Source: Hamiltosporidium tvaerminnensis FI-OER-3-3
Taxonomy: Eukaryota > Fungi > Microsporidia
Assembly (NCBI GenBank): GCA_022605425.2
Contig: CM061249.1
Coordinates: 62,001-126,000 of the forward strand
Direction: 5' to 3'
Length of the DNA stretch: 64,000 nucleotides
Numbering within the stretch: position 1 is the stretch's first letter; each line of letters opens with the position of its first letter. This document shows positions 15,619 through 29,115 of this stretch, piece after piece. A program made the position numbers and the translations under genes. The notes under the pieces are model-generated. The model had not been told where the DNA came from. It made no database searches and worked only from the letters and a program-made list of their open reading frames with translations.

Positions 15619-17717
15619 TTACGCAACTTTATTAAATTTTAATTCTTCTAACGATTTGTTAGATTCTTTCAATAGCTTTTTGCTAATTTCACAGGGGCCT
15701 CGTGATTTATAAAAATTCATTATACTTATTGTTGTTGATAGAACTAAATATTCTGAATGATTAATTTCGAATTCCAATTTTAAAAATATATTTATTTTTC
15801 GATTCTTATAGGCATCTATATTCTCCAAAAGATTTTGCTCACTATCTTCTTTTAATTTTGCAATTATATTAGTTTTTGTTCTTAGCTTATCCTTATCCTT
15901 CGCAATAGCAAATACTTTGTAGGTTTCAATAATTGCGATACCCTTATAGAAGAAAATATCTAAACAAAAATAATCTCGAAATAGCGCAGTTAACTTGTTT
16001 TTAATAAACAAATCAGGATTTGTACCATTTTCATTTTCGCCTAATATATCTTCTATAAATTTTTTGTTGAAATCATTTTTAAAATATATATTCGAATCGA
16101 ATAGAAATCTAAATAAAAAATTCATTTTATATCGAAAAAAATATTTTCTTAAATATGAACGTGAAAGATGAATGAAATGTGAAATAAAATATAATAAGTT
16201 TAGCGTTTTGTATATTTCAATTTTCACAGAATCATATTGAAATAAAGGAAATAGTTCGGAAAGCAACCTTTTAATAAAAAAAATTCTTCTTATGTCTAAT
16301 AGTCTTACTTCTTCGCTTTCATCTAAAGTTTTTTTCTTTTTTTCTTCTTTGCTTATTTTCCCACTTTTTTCTTCTTTTCCTGCCATTTTTTCATTTCCTC
16401 TGCTATTTTTTCGAATGATATTTATATCAACTTTATTACTATTAGTTAGAATTAAATTGATTATTATTTTGGTGATCTCATAATAATAATGTATCAATAA
16501 AGCATTTCCGTGTAAAATATTATCTATTATATTTTCTTCAAAAGAATCAAGAAGATAATTTAATTCTGGGACAATAAGATGGATTTTGGTTTTTCTAAGT
16601 TCATTAGCATAATTTATTAAATGGTAGCCATCGATTTTTCGCATAATCTCAGAAGTGCTTAAATTCGAATAGGAATTTTTCTCAAAGCTAACAAGCCTTC
16701 TACCAAAGTTTAAAATTTCTTTAAAATCACTGTTTGATTCAAATTTATTGCAATAAAATTTCGATTTCTTATTTTTAAGCCAGTTTAAAACTTCTTCTTC
16801 TGATTTAAAATAAGATTGTCTATCTTTTTCCTCAATTTTTTTTTCAAGTTCATCTTTTACAATTGATATAAGTTCTTCTCGCATATTTGAACCGGAATTT
16901 TTGATTAAACCTTTTATAAATAACTTATTTACTACTTCTTTCCAGTTGTCGGAGCCATTTGTATCCTTAGACTGGAACTCGAGATTAAATTTTGAAGAAT
17001 CATTTACTGCATCATTTTTTCCTATAGTTTGGTGTATTGATAATGAAGTTCTATTTGTGTTTGTTTCCGAGGTGATAGACCTATTAACTTCAAAATCGTT
17101 TGGGTATATTTTGCAATGAAATTCTTGGACTTTGTCTGTAGAATTTAGTTCCATGTAAGAAGAAACATCATCGAAAGAAAATTCAAATTGAGATTCTTTT
17201 TGTGACATAGCTTCATAGGAATTGACCTCTGTAAAATTCTGATCATAGAATCTTTTGGCAGAGAACGCTTGAGAAGGCAGAGAATTACTCGATATAACAT
17301 TTGGGAGTTCGTTAAAAGGGATGTAACAGATATTAGATGCTCATGAACACTTCTTCTCGAGCTTTGGTCTTGATGTTCTTGGTGCTTATGATGGTCGCGA
17401 ATAGAGATAACGTCTAATTCTGTATATTGAGATTCAGCGATATATGTTCTTGAATCACTACCAGTTGCATTACTTATTTCACTTTGATCTGATGATACTG
17501 CCCCTTCGATTGGATTTGAGGATTTTATTGGCTTACTTTGGTTAGAGAATATTTTTGCAAACCTAAGATAGTCAATACCATCTATTATAGCGTGTGTCTC
17601 GTGATTTTTAAATGAATTTTCTTCATGGGCTGATATCTTGACTTTTTTTCGATCCGGAGACGCTTCAACTGCATTAAAATATCTCTGAATTAAAAATAAC
17701 GAAAAATTCAAATTCAT
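15619..17717 (-). pseudogene. Lineage-specific, possibly secreted protein (~699 aa if repaired), split by one frameshift between ~17340 and 17210
   Basis: ORFs 17145..17717 and 15619..17208 overlap. The lower frame is open from 17340 (ASNICYIPFNELPN...). The upper ORF has a CCC-ATG start and a hydrophobic N-terminus. The span of 2099 nt plus 1 gives 700 codons. Confidence 0.65.
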
Positions 17718-20700
17718 GGGTATTAATATTCTTGTTTCTAAAAAAAACCATTGGTAATATAGTGAATAATTTAATTGAATTTCTGCTTTTTTACAATCAA
17801 AAAAGATAAATTTGTTATATTTTATTTCGGCTTAATTGTAAGAAATCTATCGCTTAAGATTTATTTTCTAATCTAATTACTTTTTCGAATTTCTATTCAA
17901 TAAGATTAAGTTTTCCAAATCCGGATGCCAGATTATAAATTAAATTGGTTTCAAAAAAAACTGCATTCATATTTTATTGATTCAAAATTTATATAATAAC
18001 ACTGTATAAAAGTCATGTGGGTATTAATTTTATTGTCACATTTATGAAAAAATTTAAAATAAGTTTAATAATTGGTTTCGGCAATCTCTGCAAATGAAAT
18101 TCTGTCGAGTTTTAAATTAAACAACTTTTCAAAATTTTTAAAGCTGACAAGTTCAATTAAAGATCTAAGTATGGATTATTTTTATGTATTTTAAATGAAA
18201 TTATCAACCAGGTATACTCGTAAGTATCTTGAGTCTTCTATATACGAAAATATTCAAAAATATCAAAAAATATTAAAATGGAAAAGAAAGAAAGAAAGAA
18301 GTGGAAACATGGAAATAAAAAAAAGAGAGAAAACAAGGAGATTAAAAAGCGAAATATAAATAAATGATTGGAACAAGTAATATTTTATTTTTTAGCTTCT
18401 CTGATATGTTCTTATGCATGAATTTTGCTATAGTTAAATATCTTTCATGCCAGATCCTAAAATTTTCAGAGCCGTCTTTTCCAGAACACTCCGGATTTTC
18501 CTCAAAAAAGTAATTTATTATTTTTTTTTGCTGTCAAATATTTCGTATCAAATATCGTGGAATTTGTACTACGTTTCTTAAATTGAATGAGAAACTGCTG
18601 TAATAAACATCTTGCATCGACCCCTTTCGAACGTATTTGTTTCGTTTTCTCATTCATCGTTTTTTTATTGAAAATAGTAGATTGCTGCTCTGCTCTACAA
18701 TTAATTGTTATAGTGTTTATTTTTTTTTTCGGGATTCAAATTGTGTTCAACGTCCGCGTTCTCTTGGCATTTCGGAATTTTCTCAATATTTGTTTACTTA
18801 GTAAAGAAAATCAACATATTTATAGCTGTTATGGCTTTTAATACCTACATTAATGATATCTTTATTGACCCAGTCTATGAAGTATTTATTTAAGTACAAG
18901 TTACTCACAAATTTCAACACAGTATTTTTTCGAAAAAGATGGTGTTTTTTCGTTTTCTTTACAATACTTTGATTACCTTTTTACACCTCGCCTTAGTTTT
19001 TGGATTGTCATGGCTCTCGACTTACAAATCTAACATTATACAAGCAATGAAATTATATATCAATAGAATTCTTTAAAACACAAATTGTAGATTTACTGCC
19101 GTCATAGCGTTGTAAAAGATTCAAAGGAATTTTAATTTAAATGTTTTTTTAAGGCAGATATAATATTTTGGCTGTTTTATTTTTAAATTCAAAAAAATGA
19201 TTTTCTGAGCAACATCAAAAATGCCTATAATCCACTTTATCTGTTATTTTCTTTTGCATAATTTTTTATATCAATTCAATCTAGTTACGAGATGAGCTAT
19301 TGGTGTTATGACATAATTGGAAATTTTTAAAAGATCCGGTTTTTTGGTTTACGGTTTACTGGTCTTACAATTTTAGCAGAATTTTTGTTTCTTGTTTTCT
19401 CAAACTTGATAAAATGTTTTTGGGTGTTTGCATGGATCCATTTCTTTCTTTTGTGCTTCGTTGAGTGAAATCTATCAAATATTACATGGGTTTTCAATCT
19501 TGTTCTAGCAAAATACCTTTTTATATTTATTTTATTTCTCTTATATAATTATTCTTCGTTTATGAATAGATGTATTTTGTTTTCTTTTAAAATTCCTTTT
19601 ATTTCATGCAATTATAACCCTGAAAACATATTATTTCATTCGCCAATGTTATTTAATCAGATTATATATACCATGGTTTAAATTGCCTTCATTATATTGG
19701 GTTATCAATTTAATTTTCTTCTTAAAACTAAATAAATTAAAGAAAAATGAAGCTACTTGAAGGGTCGCAAAAAGATAAGAAGAATCATAGTTTAAATATA
19801 TAGACAGATAGAAAAAATTATTTCTTATTTCTCTTTATAATAAAATCTATGTGATTTCTAAAATTTGCATAAAAATAGCCATGGCTTTTTTGATAGATAT
19901 ATGTTATTATCTATATTTTTTTTCTTATTCTATATTTTTTAGGTTTCTTGTAATAGGCAATAAAAAATTGAAAATATTGGTAGAACTTAACACAATAAAT
20001 TAATAGCGGATTGTGGAATCCCACAGTATACTTTATATTTCCCTTAAATAATACGGAACTGATATAAAAAATGGCATCACTATTCTTGTTATTTTAAATA
20101 CGTCATAAATATTTAAATTTCAAAAAATCATGTATATCCTTCAAAATGAGAATCTTATATTGATACTACCAAAAACAAACGAACAAATTTCTGACTTCAA
20201 AGTATTTATTCGTATGGCTAGGAAGTAAAAAACGATCCGATGAAATATGTCAAATGTTTCGATAATGACGAACAATTGAAAAATTCAAATTTACCATAAC
20301 TTAAAAGAATAATGTAAGAAAAAAAATCAAAATTAATAAAGATGTAATGATATACAATAATTATTTTTAAGAAACTTTGAGACTAATAAAACTATTTGTA
20401 ATTTTTTCAATAAAATCTAAAAAAACTAATACCTCTAAACAATACTTCATCTATGTATTCAATACTAAATCAAAAAAAATAGATAAATTATTATTTAAAT
20501 GTAAACTGCTATAAATAAATATATTTAATTCCACATGTTTCCTTTTCTAATTTTCTTTTAATAGTTTTATGAATTTTTCTGCAAATTTTTGAATCTTATA
20601 TATTTATCTAATATTCTTCAAATACTCAGACAATCATACAAGTAATACTTCGTATTTTTTCAAGGTTCCTATTGATTATTTCAAACAAAGTATTTTTTAA

Positions 20701-21834
20701 AATACAAAATCTTTATGACACCAATGTCAATCTTTTAATGTATTATTTGATTCAAACGAATCATAAGGTTCAATATAATATAGAATTTAAATTTCTTTAA
20801 TTTTTATTTCCCTTTTAAGAAATATTAATATTTAGCGAACAAGGTATAAATAAGAATACAAGCACAAAGTAAGGATAACATTTATATTCACTAAATAATT
20901 CGATTCATGCTTTACCTAAGAAATCTGAATAAAACAGTTATCTTGTATCATTTCGTTTAAGCCTGAACAGCAAATTTAAATTTAATTGAATATAATTCGA
21001 TGTCTGACGTAAAAACCTATAATAATTTTGCATACAAGTTACCTTTCAAATAAATTTATTTCTTTAAATTCGTTTAATTCTTCTAGAAATTCTACAGAAA
21101 ACGATGAATCAACAAAACTTGTTTTACAAATATTTAAAGAAATTTATTTTAATTCTACAAAATTTGTACTGAAGTAAGAAATAAATAACTAAGTCCATAA
21201 AGAAGTAATAGATTTTATATCAATAAATTTACGATATTAATTATTTTTAGAGAATAAACGTTAGTATATTTTCTTTATAATTGTATATTTGACTTAATTT
21301 TCATCATCTCGTTTAAAAAATATTACAATTATATAATTGAATATTAGATGGGATTAATTCTTTATTATATACTTTGCTTTAGTACAAACAGGATTGTTTA
21401 TCTGGTTTCTAAATCATTCATTAAAAATTTTAAGTTAGTTTAAATTTTATTCTTTTAAGTTTAGATTTCTTAAATTCAATCTATTTGAATATATTTCTAA
21501 TTTGTAAAAATATATTTAATATTTAAGAAATATGGATTTATTTTATTCTGATAATACTTTAATTACTGGTCAATTTATAGAGTAGAGAACTATTTTTTGC
21601 GTAAGTTCGAATTAATTAATTGTGATACTTTAGTTAAAGAATAATATTCAAACTAATTTTAGTATATTGTGTTTTACAATGATCTATCTATAAAAATAAA
21701 AATGAATGTATGTGTTAAAGACTGTAAATAAAGGGGGGTATTGTTTATATAAAGGGGTACCGTGTTCATCATGAAGATAGATTAAAAAAATGGATTATTA
21801 TGGGGTTTTATTTAAACGTGTTAATTTATAGTTC

Positions 21835-22060
21835 AGTATAAAGGGAGTTAATAATGATTGTTATAGTATAACGTGTGTTAATTATAATAGTTGTAGATTA
21901 AAGGGTGTTAATTATAATAGTTGTAAATTAAATGGTGTTAATAATAAAGTTGTAAATTAAAGGGTGTTAATAATAATGGTTGTAGTATAAAGGGTGTTAT
22001 TTACCCATATAGGTTAAAGGCTTGTTAATATAAATTATTGTATGTTGAAAGGTGCCAATA
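21835..22060. repeat. Imperfect ~30-bp tandem repeat (AAGGGTGTTAATTATAATAGTTGTARATTA)
   Basis: At least 5 successive degenerate units are visible. Confidence 0.75.
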
Positions 22061-23303
22061 TAAGGAGAAATATGAATAGAGTGTTATTTAAGAGTGTGAT
22101 ACCCTAAAGGGTTTTAATAATATACAAGTATTATTAAAGGGGTATTTTACTTTTCCCACACATTAAAACGGTTCCAACGTATAAGAAATTAAAAATGTAA
22201 GTTTCTTTGCTACTCATCTTTGGTAAGACAATAAAATCTAAGCGAATAAATGCTGTAATATGTAGAATAGTTTTGATTAACACTTGCTTTTCTGATAATA
22301 ACTCTATGTAGCCACTTCAAGCATTAAAATTTTTCCGTTTAGACACCATACCAAAAACAAAGAATATTAATATTCAAAAGCACTTAAAAATATATAAATA
22401 CTAATCAAATTCCTAAACCAATTTATTTTTTGTTTTTTTTATTCTTGAATCTATCTTTCATTATCATAGTAACACTCGCCGGGTGAACTAGTTTGTTTGT
22501 AAATAAAAGAGATGCACAATTTAATGAATTGAACTTTGTAAAGATCTTTGGTTAAATAAAAATATTAAAGCGTAGAATTAATTGTTTTAATATTATTTAA
22601 AATAGATAAAATTACTGTTAAACGTTACACTCGATAAACAAAAAAATAAAATTTATGGTTTTATATAAAATTTAAATAATGGTTTTCATTATGACAAAAA
22701 CGTTTAATTTATAAAAAAAAATGATTTAATGGTAGCAGTGCTTTCTTGTTTAAGAATTTTATTTACTTATTGTGTTAAAGATATCTAATGTTAAAAGTTA
22801 AATATATTCATTTTTGCTTTTATTCCGGTTTTAGATGCACTTTATTTTTTTCCTTCTCTCCTTTAGAGCGATATTATTTAAATCTAACTTTTCTGATTAA
22901 TTTTGTATAGGAGTATCCATCATTCTGATAATTTCATAAACATCTAATGGTTGGTGATTTTAAGTCTTGTAATGGCAAATTCTTATCATTGGTGTATAAC
23001 AGGAATATGAATGCATCTAAACGTACATTTCTGCTGTTTGTAGAACATCCTTTTTTTTGAAAAAAATATAAAAATAAATAAATTTATTGGTTTGAACATA
23101 AATTTTAAATAATAAATAAAAAAATAAAAATCATATTGATCAAACTTAAAAATTATTTGATATTTTTTTTCAAATGACCAATTAAAAAACGTGTTAATTT
23201 ACTTTAAAAAGTAATTCTAAAATATTTTGTAAATTATCACCGATCGAAATAATCTGTTTTTTTGGTTAATTGCTGAATATATAATAGAAAAAAAATTTAT
23301 TCC

Positions 23304-25789
23304 ATGTTTTTTCATATTTTTTTTTGCATAGCAGCGTCACCACCGGAAAATAACTCTAACGTTATTTTGGCGGATCCAACGAATACAGACGAAATGTGTT
23401 GTATAAGAATTTCGTATGATGGCATAATAGATGATAACAGCGAAGTAAAAGAAAGTATTAACGAAATTTTAAAAGAAATAAATTGCAAAGACAAAGATAA
23501 AATTCTCATAGTTGCAGGTTGTTATTTCAACAAAATAAAAGATTATACCAAGAAAGAACTTCATCCCATCTTAAGACATTTTACATATATAATTTGTTGT
23601 ATTGTTTATAATTATTGCAGCGAAGAAGAATATAAAGCATATCATCCAGAACTTCTATTTAATCTGATTTGCTTTGGAAGATTTGTTGAGATGTATAAAG
23701 AAAATAAAGAATATAAAGATATTGTTAAAAAAAATATTTGACGATTTATTGTCGACTAAAACTAGGGGGTTTGAGGCTGAAAATTTTCAGGAATACCTTA
23801 ACGATAATTATGATGCTTTGTCTCGAGAGATATCAGGGAGTTTTAACGAAGGGAATGAAACTGATCTAGAAGTCTTAAAAAAAACAAAAATAATATTTGA
23901 AGGAAAGTCTGAACCATATTTAAAACGCATCTTATCAAATGCAACATTCGAAATTTTTTTTGGTTTTTTGGGATATTTTAAAAGGTATTATTTTTATGAA
24001 GTTGTGTCTAATAACGTTAATAATTGTGTATATGATTTCTCATTGCCCGAATCCTTTCATTTAAATTACTATGCAAACTGGGAGAAACGTGGTTGTGTTT
24101 CTCAGATGAAAAATTCAGTTGAAATATTAATAAGAAACATGAATTGTATGTTTAATGATCAACAGTATAAAGCGATTATACAATTTATTTCTGAGAAAAT
24201 TGTGGCAAAGGTTTTAAATAATCAAAGCAGAGTTGATGAAATATTTGAATTTAATGAAAATCAGATCACTTTTCAAAATACACAAGGAGATCGCAACTTC
24301 CCCAGGGCATTCCTAGAAATATTTTGTAAAGAAAATGATGTAACTTATATAAAAAGTTTATATGATTTTTTGAAAAAAATAACAAAAGAAGAATATCATA
24401 AATATATTTCTGCAGTATTATGTTTAAAGGCTTTATGTCTCAGAAAAGAAACTTTAAACAAAAATAATATTCCAAGAATCATTTCTGAATTTTTATTCCT
24501 TGCGGATGTTTTAAAAAAAGAAATTGAAACGGGTGAAAATGTAGAAAATATTAAAATTTATAGGAAGAATAACATTGATAATTTGAAAAAAGCGGTTAAT
24601 ATTCAAAATATAGAATATGCTGATAACGCTGAAGGTGAATATTTGGATTGTGAAAAAGTACCCGAAACATCAATTTTATTGGAAATATACGGGTTTATTG
24701 AGTTTTTTTCTAATGATAATTTTAAGACCTACTTAACCAACGAAATGATTAAAATAATGCCTGAAGGAAAAAAACGCCCCATAAATGTTGAAGAAATAAA
24801 GAACGAATATCTTAAATATGTTTTCCTGAAGGAAACTTCAGGGCTTCGTCTGGAAGAAATAAAATTGCTCTTCGGCAAACCTTTATCGAAAAACCCGGAG
24901 AAAGTGTTGGACCCGAAAAATCCCCAAAATGGGGCCCAAAAAATACTAACAACAGAAAGATCAACACAGGGACCAACAGGAGAACCAAAAAAAGGACCAA
25001 CACAGGGATTATCACAAGGACTAACAGCAGGAGTATCACGAGAAACAACACAAGGTCCACCACTAACAACACAAGGACCAACACAAGGACCAACACAAAG
25101 ACACACAATAGGAGTATCACGAGGAACAACAGGAGGACCAACACCAACAACACCAACAACACCAACAACACAAGGACCAACACAAAGACAAACAATAGGA
25201 GTATCACAAGGAACAACACCAACACCAACAACACCACCACCAAAAACAAACAATAGGAGTATCACGAGGAACAACAGGAGGACCAACACCAACAACACCA
25301 ACAACACCAAGACAAACAATAGGAGTATCACGAGGAACAACAGGAGGACCAACACCAACAACACCAACAACACCAACAACACAAAGACAAACAATAGGAG
25401 TATCACGAGAAACAACAGGAGGACCAACACCAACAACACCAACAACACAAAGACAAACAATTTGAGTATCACGAGGAACAACAGGAGGACCAACACCAAC
25501 AACACCAACAACACAAGGACCAACACAAAGACAAACAATAGGAGTATCACGAGGAACAACAGGAGGACCAACAACACAAGGACCAACACAAAGACAAACA
25601 ATAGGAGTATCACGAGAAACAACACCAACACCAACAACACCACCACCAAAAACAACAACACCGGAGCAAAGACCGGAATCAAAAATGTCGAAAAGATCCG
25701 ATCTAAAAACGTATTTCCTTTATATATTTTCGGCTTTCCTTTTTTTTACCGCTGGTTTGGTAGTAATAATCTTATATTTCTACAAATAA
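23304..25789 (+). CDS. Type I membrane surface protein (signal peptide, globular domain, T/P/G/Q mucin-like stalk, C-terminal TM); ~827 aa after removing two single-base insertions
   Basis: ORF 23304 joins ORF 23674 by removing one A from A8 (23727-23734). Removing one base at ~25243 restores the TQGPTQRQTIGVSRGTT repeat frame and the ending ...KTYFLYIFSAFLFFTAGLVVIILYFYK* (TAA 25787-25789). That ending matches the TM tail of paralog 37339. Confidence 0.75.
24960..25660 (+). repeat. Coding minisatellite (ACACCAACA / CAAGGACCAACA / CAAACAATAGGAGTATCACGAGGAACAACAGGAGGACCA units) forming the mucin-like stalk
   Basis: About 10 variable units carrying the GGAGTATCAC core. Confidence 0.9.
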
Positions 25790-25967
25790 AAATAAACCGT
25801 TGACTTGAATTTTTTTTTATTATTTAATATTTTATTTATTTCTTTTAAAGTTTTTTAAAACTTGCAAAAAATTATATTTATCTATATTATATAATTGTAT
25901 CTATCAATATGTGTATTTTAATACTGGGAATAAAGAGTTTATTTTTTTATAATAATGTCTTTTTGTA

Positions 25968-26033
25968 AAAGAGGTAGAAGAAAACATAAAAATGGTAAAA
26001 ATATTTTAACCCAGAATTTTATTAAATAAAAAA
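25968..26033 (+). mobile_element. Extremely 5'-truncated (~65 bp) copy of the R4-like element with ~12-bp TSD
   Basis: AAAGAGGTAGAAGAAAACATAAAAATGGTAAAAATATTTTAACCCAGAATTTTATTAAATAA matches the element 3' end. TCTTTTTGTAAA occurs at 25958-25969 and 26034-26045. Confidence 0.9.
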
Positions 26034-29000
26034 TCTTTTTGTAAATATAAATTGTGTTATTTTTTATATAAAGGGTTTTATTATGATATAATTATAATAA
26101 GGTGTTAATATCAGTGTAGTGTTTTAAAGGGGTGTTAATATAAAGAGTAGTGGATTCGAGGGTATTATTGAATTAATATACTAAATTAAAGGGTCTTTAA
26201 TATATTGTGAAGCTATTAGGATGATTTTAAGGAATCAGAAATTAGAAAGAGTATCGTTTTGGTTTGAACAAAGTTTAAATTGAGTTTAATGATACATAAG
26301 TAGGATATAAATCTGTTTTATTTTTTATCTCAATTCTATATTCTTTCTCATAATTTTGGAACTGCGACACTTCTTTCAGATATTCTTCAAACAACACATT
26401 CTGCATAATATGGCTATTGATTTGAAACCAGCTAAAAACATGCTATACATCAAAATTTTACGAAATAAGAAAGATATTTAAAAATATAAATTTCTTATAT
26501 AGTATAAATGTATTCTAAGACATAAAATGCTTTCGCTGCGCTTAATTATGGAGCACAAGAATTATGCGGGAAAGACCGTCTTTTATTGCAACACATATTT
26601 TATTACAGAGTGATTTTCGCTAAGCTCTTCCAGTTATTCCTTGTTAATCAACGGCAGATGTCCTAAATGCATGTCTCAAATTATCAGTTTTTGCAAAATA
26701 TAAACAAATTGACCTTAAAATCAGCTATGCGTGGTCAACTTGGGATGATAAATCCATGAATTTTTGTGAAAAAATTGCTAAATATTTATGATTGAAAGAT
26801 GGTTCGAAAGATTTAGAGGTGTATCATATTTCGAGCAAACTCTTGTAAGGTGACATATACTAGAGATTAATTTATTTCAATGGTTTGCAAAATATACTGT
26901 AAATTACCTACTTATAAGTAAATCGCCGCAAATCAAATTTTAAGCACTGATGCAATGCTTTTAAAGTATACAAATTTCAAAGAAATGTTCATTTTTGCCA
27001 AGTGAGAACAAATAAGTAAATTATGCCGTGAAAAATCAAGAAGAATTTGTCAATTAGCCAAAGAAAGCTATTTTTCTAAAGATTGTTCAGTATTGACTGC
27101 TCATTTAAACAATAAAATTAGAGTGTAGATATTCTTCTATGAAACACAAATCACGCTCAACTTTGCAACGGCACATGAAATCAGGCAAAAAAACCACAAG
27201 ATATAATAGAAGATACGATTTTAAGAGAAAATTCAAAATATGGGGTATACTATTACTACGCATCTCAATGTTCTAACACATACGCCAGTTAAATTTCTAT
27301 GGTTACGGTTTTTAGAGAGATTTTTTTGCAATGACATTAAACAAAGCACAAATACATTCTCTTTGCGTTAAATGAATATATTTTGGGGAACTGTCTTTCT
27401 CTTGATCGAAACTCTATATGGTAGAATCAAATTTAGATCAACCACACCGATCTATTCTTAAACCCGTCAAACATACAAAAAACAACTATTTGTGTATCTT
27501 GAGCTCTTGAATAAATTGATTAAATCAATAAATTACTAGCTTTTTAGTTTTTTTTAAATATATTTTTCTTGCCATTTACTTCATTTTATTATCGCATCGA
27601 AGCGCGAGCAAGCTCGTTAAATATTTGAACTTCGAATTTTGGAAAATCTCAAATTATTAATCCTAAAAACTTATTTAGAATTAAATTACAGTATTGTTAA
27701 ACTTCTGGTATAAGACAATGTTTAAAACTAACATAGTCAATTTTTTGTCATCATTTTTTAAGTTAAAAACTTTCTGGAGTTAGTTGGACAGATAAAGTAT
27801 TAAAAAACATCATATTTCAGTAAGAAAATTTCCGCTACTATAAACACTAGAGATAACTTTAAATAATTTCAGGTTTATTTTAATTTATAATATTAAGTTT
27901 TTTTTATTCCTATTTTTTGCGATTTTCGATTTAAATTATAGTTGTGACTTTTGTGGAAAAATTTGATTCAAAATATAGTTTTGTTTAGTTCTTGATTTTC
28001 CTTATTCTTGGTATTGAGAAGTTTTTTATGTTATCTATATATTACATCTTGCCTTTTACGAATTTAAGTAACCTAGGTATTCTATACATTTAAATTATAA
28101 TTTATCTTTGATTTAGAATCACTAGAATATTTTTACCTTTCGATATTTATCTTTACTATTATAAACTAGCTTTGTAGTATTTATCCTATTTTTCATACGA
28201 CTTACAAAAAAATTTACAAACTACTATTTACAAAACTTTTCTAGAGTTTTTATAAACCTTCGAATATACCTTTAAAATTTTGAATTACCTACCGAAAAAT
28301 AAAGAATCATATATTTATTGCGCATTAACGTATATCTTGCTGTTTTAAATATATTTGTTTAAAATCTAATCTACTAACTTGCTTTTAATTTTTTTTCAAT
28401 CTACAATCTCAAATTTTTTATTTTATCAGGTGAGAATATGAATAATAGTATTATTAGTGCTATATTTTTTTGCAAAGCAGCTAAGATTTCTGTAAGTCTC
28501 TATTAAGGAGATAGTTCCTTTGCTCACCCTTCCTTTGTCATGAATAAATTGAGTATTTTTAAAGTGAAAGATTTGTATATATTTATTTTATCAATTTTGA
28601 TATTTTGTTGGTTTGTATTTATATTCTAGTGTTGTTTTTGCCACAATGGCTTTGCTTCATTGGCTTATATTCATATTGCGTGTATATATTGGTTTCGAGC
28701 AGTTTTTTACACCAAAAGTTGTTGTAAGTAACGATTTAATAATGAAAAATGATATTGTCTCAGTTTCTAGTTGTTTTTTAATTTAAAACGCAAGTTAAAC
28801 ATATAAAATATTTAGGACAAGAAAACGGAGATTTCAAACAATGCTTTATTTATATTTAAACTATGTACTTAATAATTTTAAAGTATAACCAACTCATTAT
28901 TAGAGTTTCGAGATTCACATAAATTTAAGCTTTTATATTTTAAAAACATAATCCCTAGCTACTCGCAGGCCTCACGCATAAATATATAGTTTAATTAAGA

Positions 29001-29115
29001 TGTTTTTGTAGAAAAAATAAAAAGACGAGAAATTTTTTAAAAAACATAATTTTTTGACCCGGCTTCTTGCTTCACTAACGTTTCTTTTTAGTTTGAAAAT
29101 AAAGTAAATAAACAA

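Noticed and set aside
8900-21600. Coding-like decayed stretches (about 8900-10550, 12000-14500 and 18400-21200; also 26400-27500 and 45300-46600)
   Set aside because: Possibly old pseudogenes, but no motif was recognisable by eye; tblastx or HMM searches are needed.
24729-25682. 317-aa Val/Leu-rich minus-strand ORF (and 24812..25249)
   Set aside because: Antisense shadow of the A/C-rich coding repeat, which lacks stops by composition.
25243-25803. Asn/Thr/Arg-rich C-terminus of the 709-aa ORF as the native tail
   Set aside because: The alternative frame continues the upstream repeat peptide and ends in a TM anchor like the paralogs.
27592-28980. Short GC-rich motifs resembling Helitron 3' ends (GCGAGCAAGCTCG at ~27604; minus-strand GCGAGTAGCTAG at ~28955)
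   Set aside because: Too short, with no second full copy, 5' end or Rep/helicase remnant to support them.
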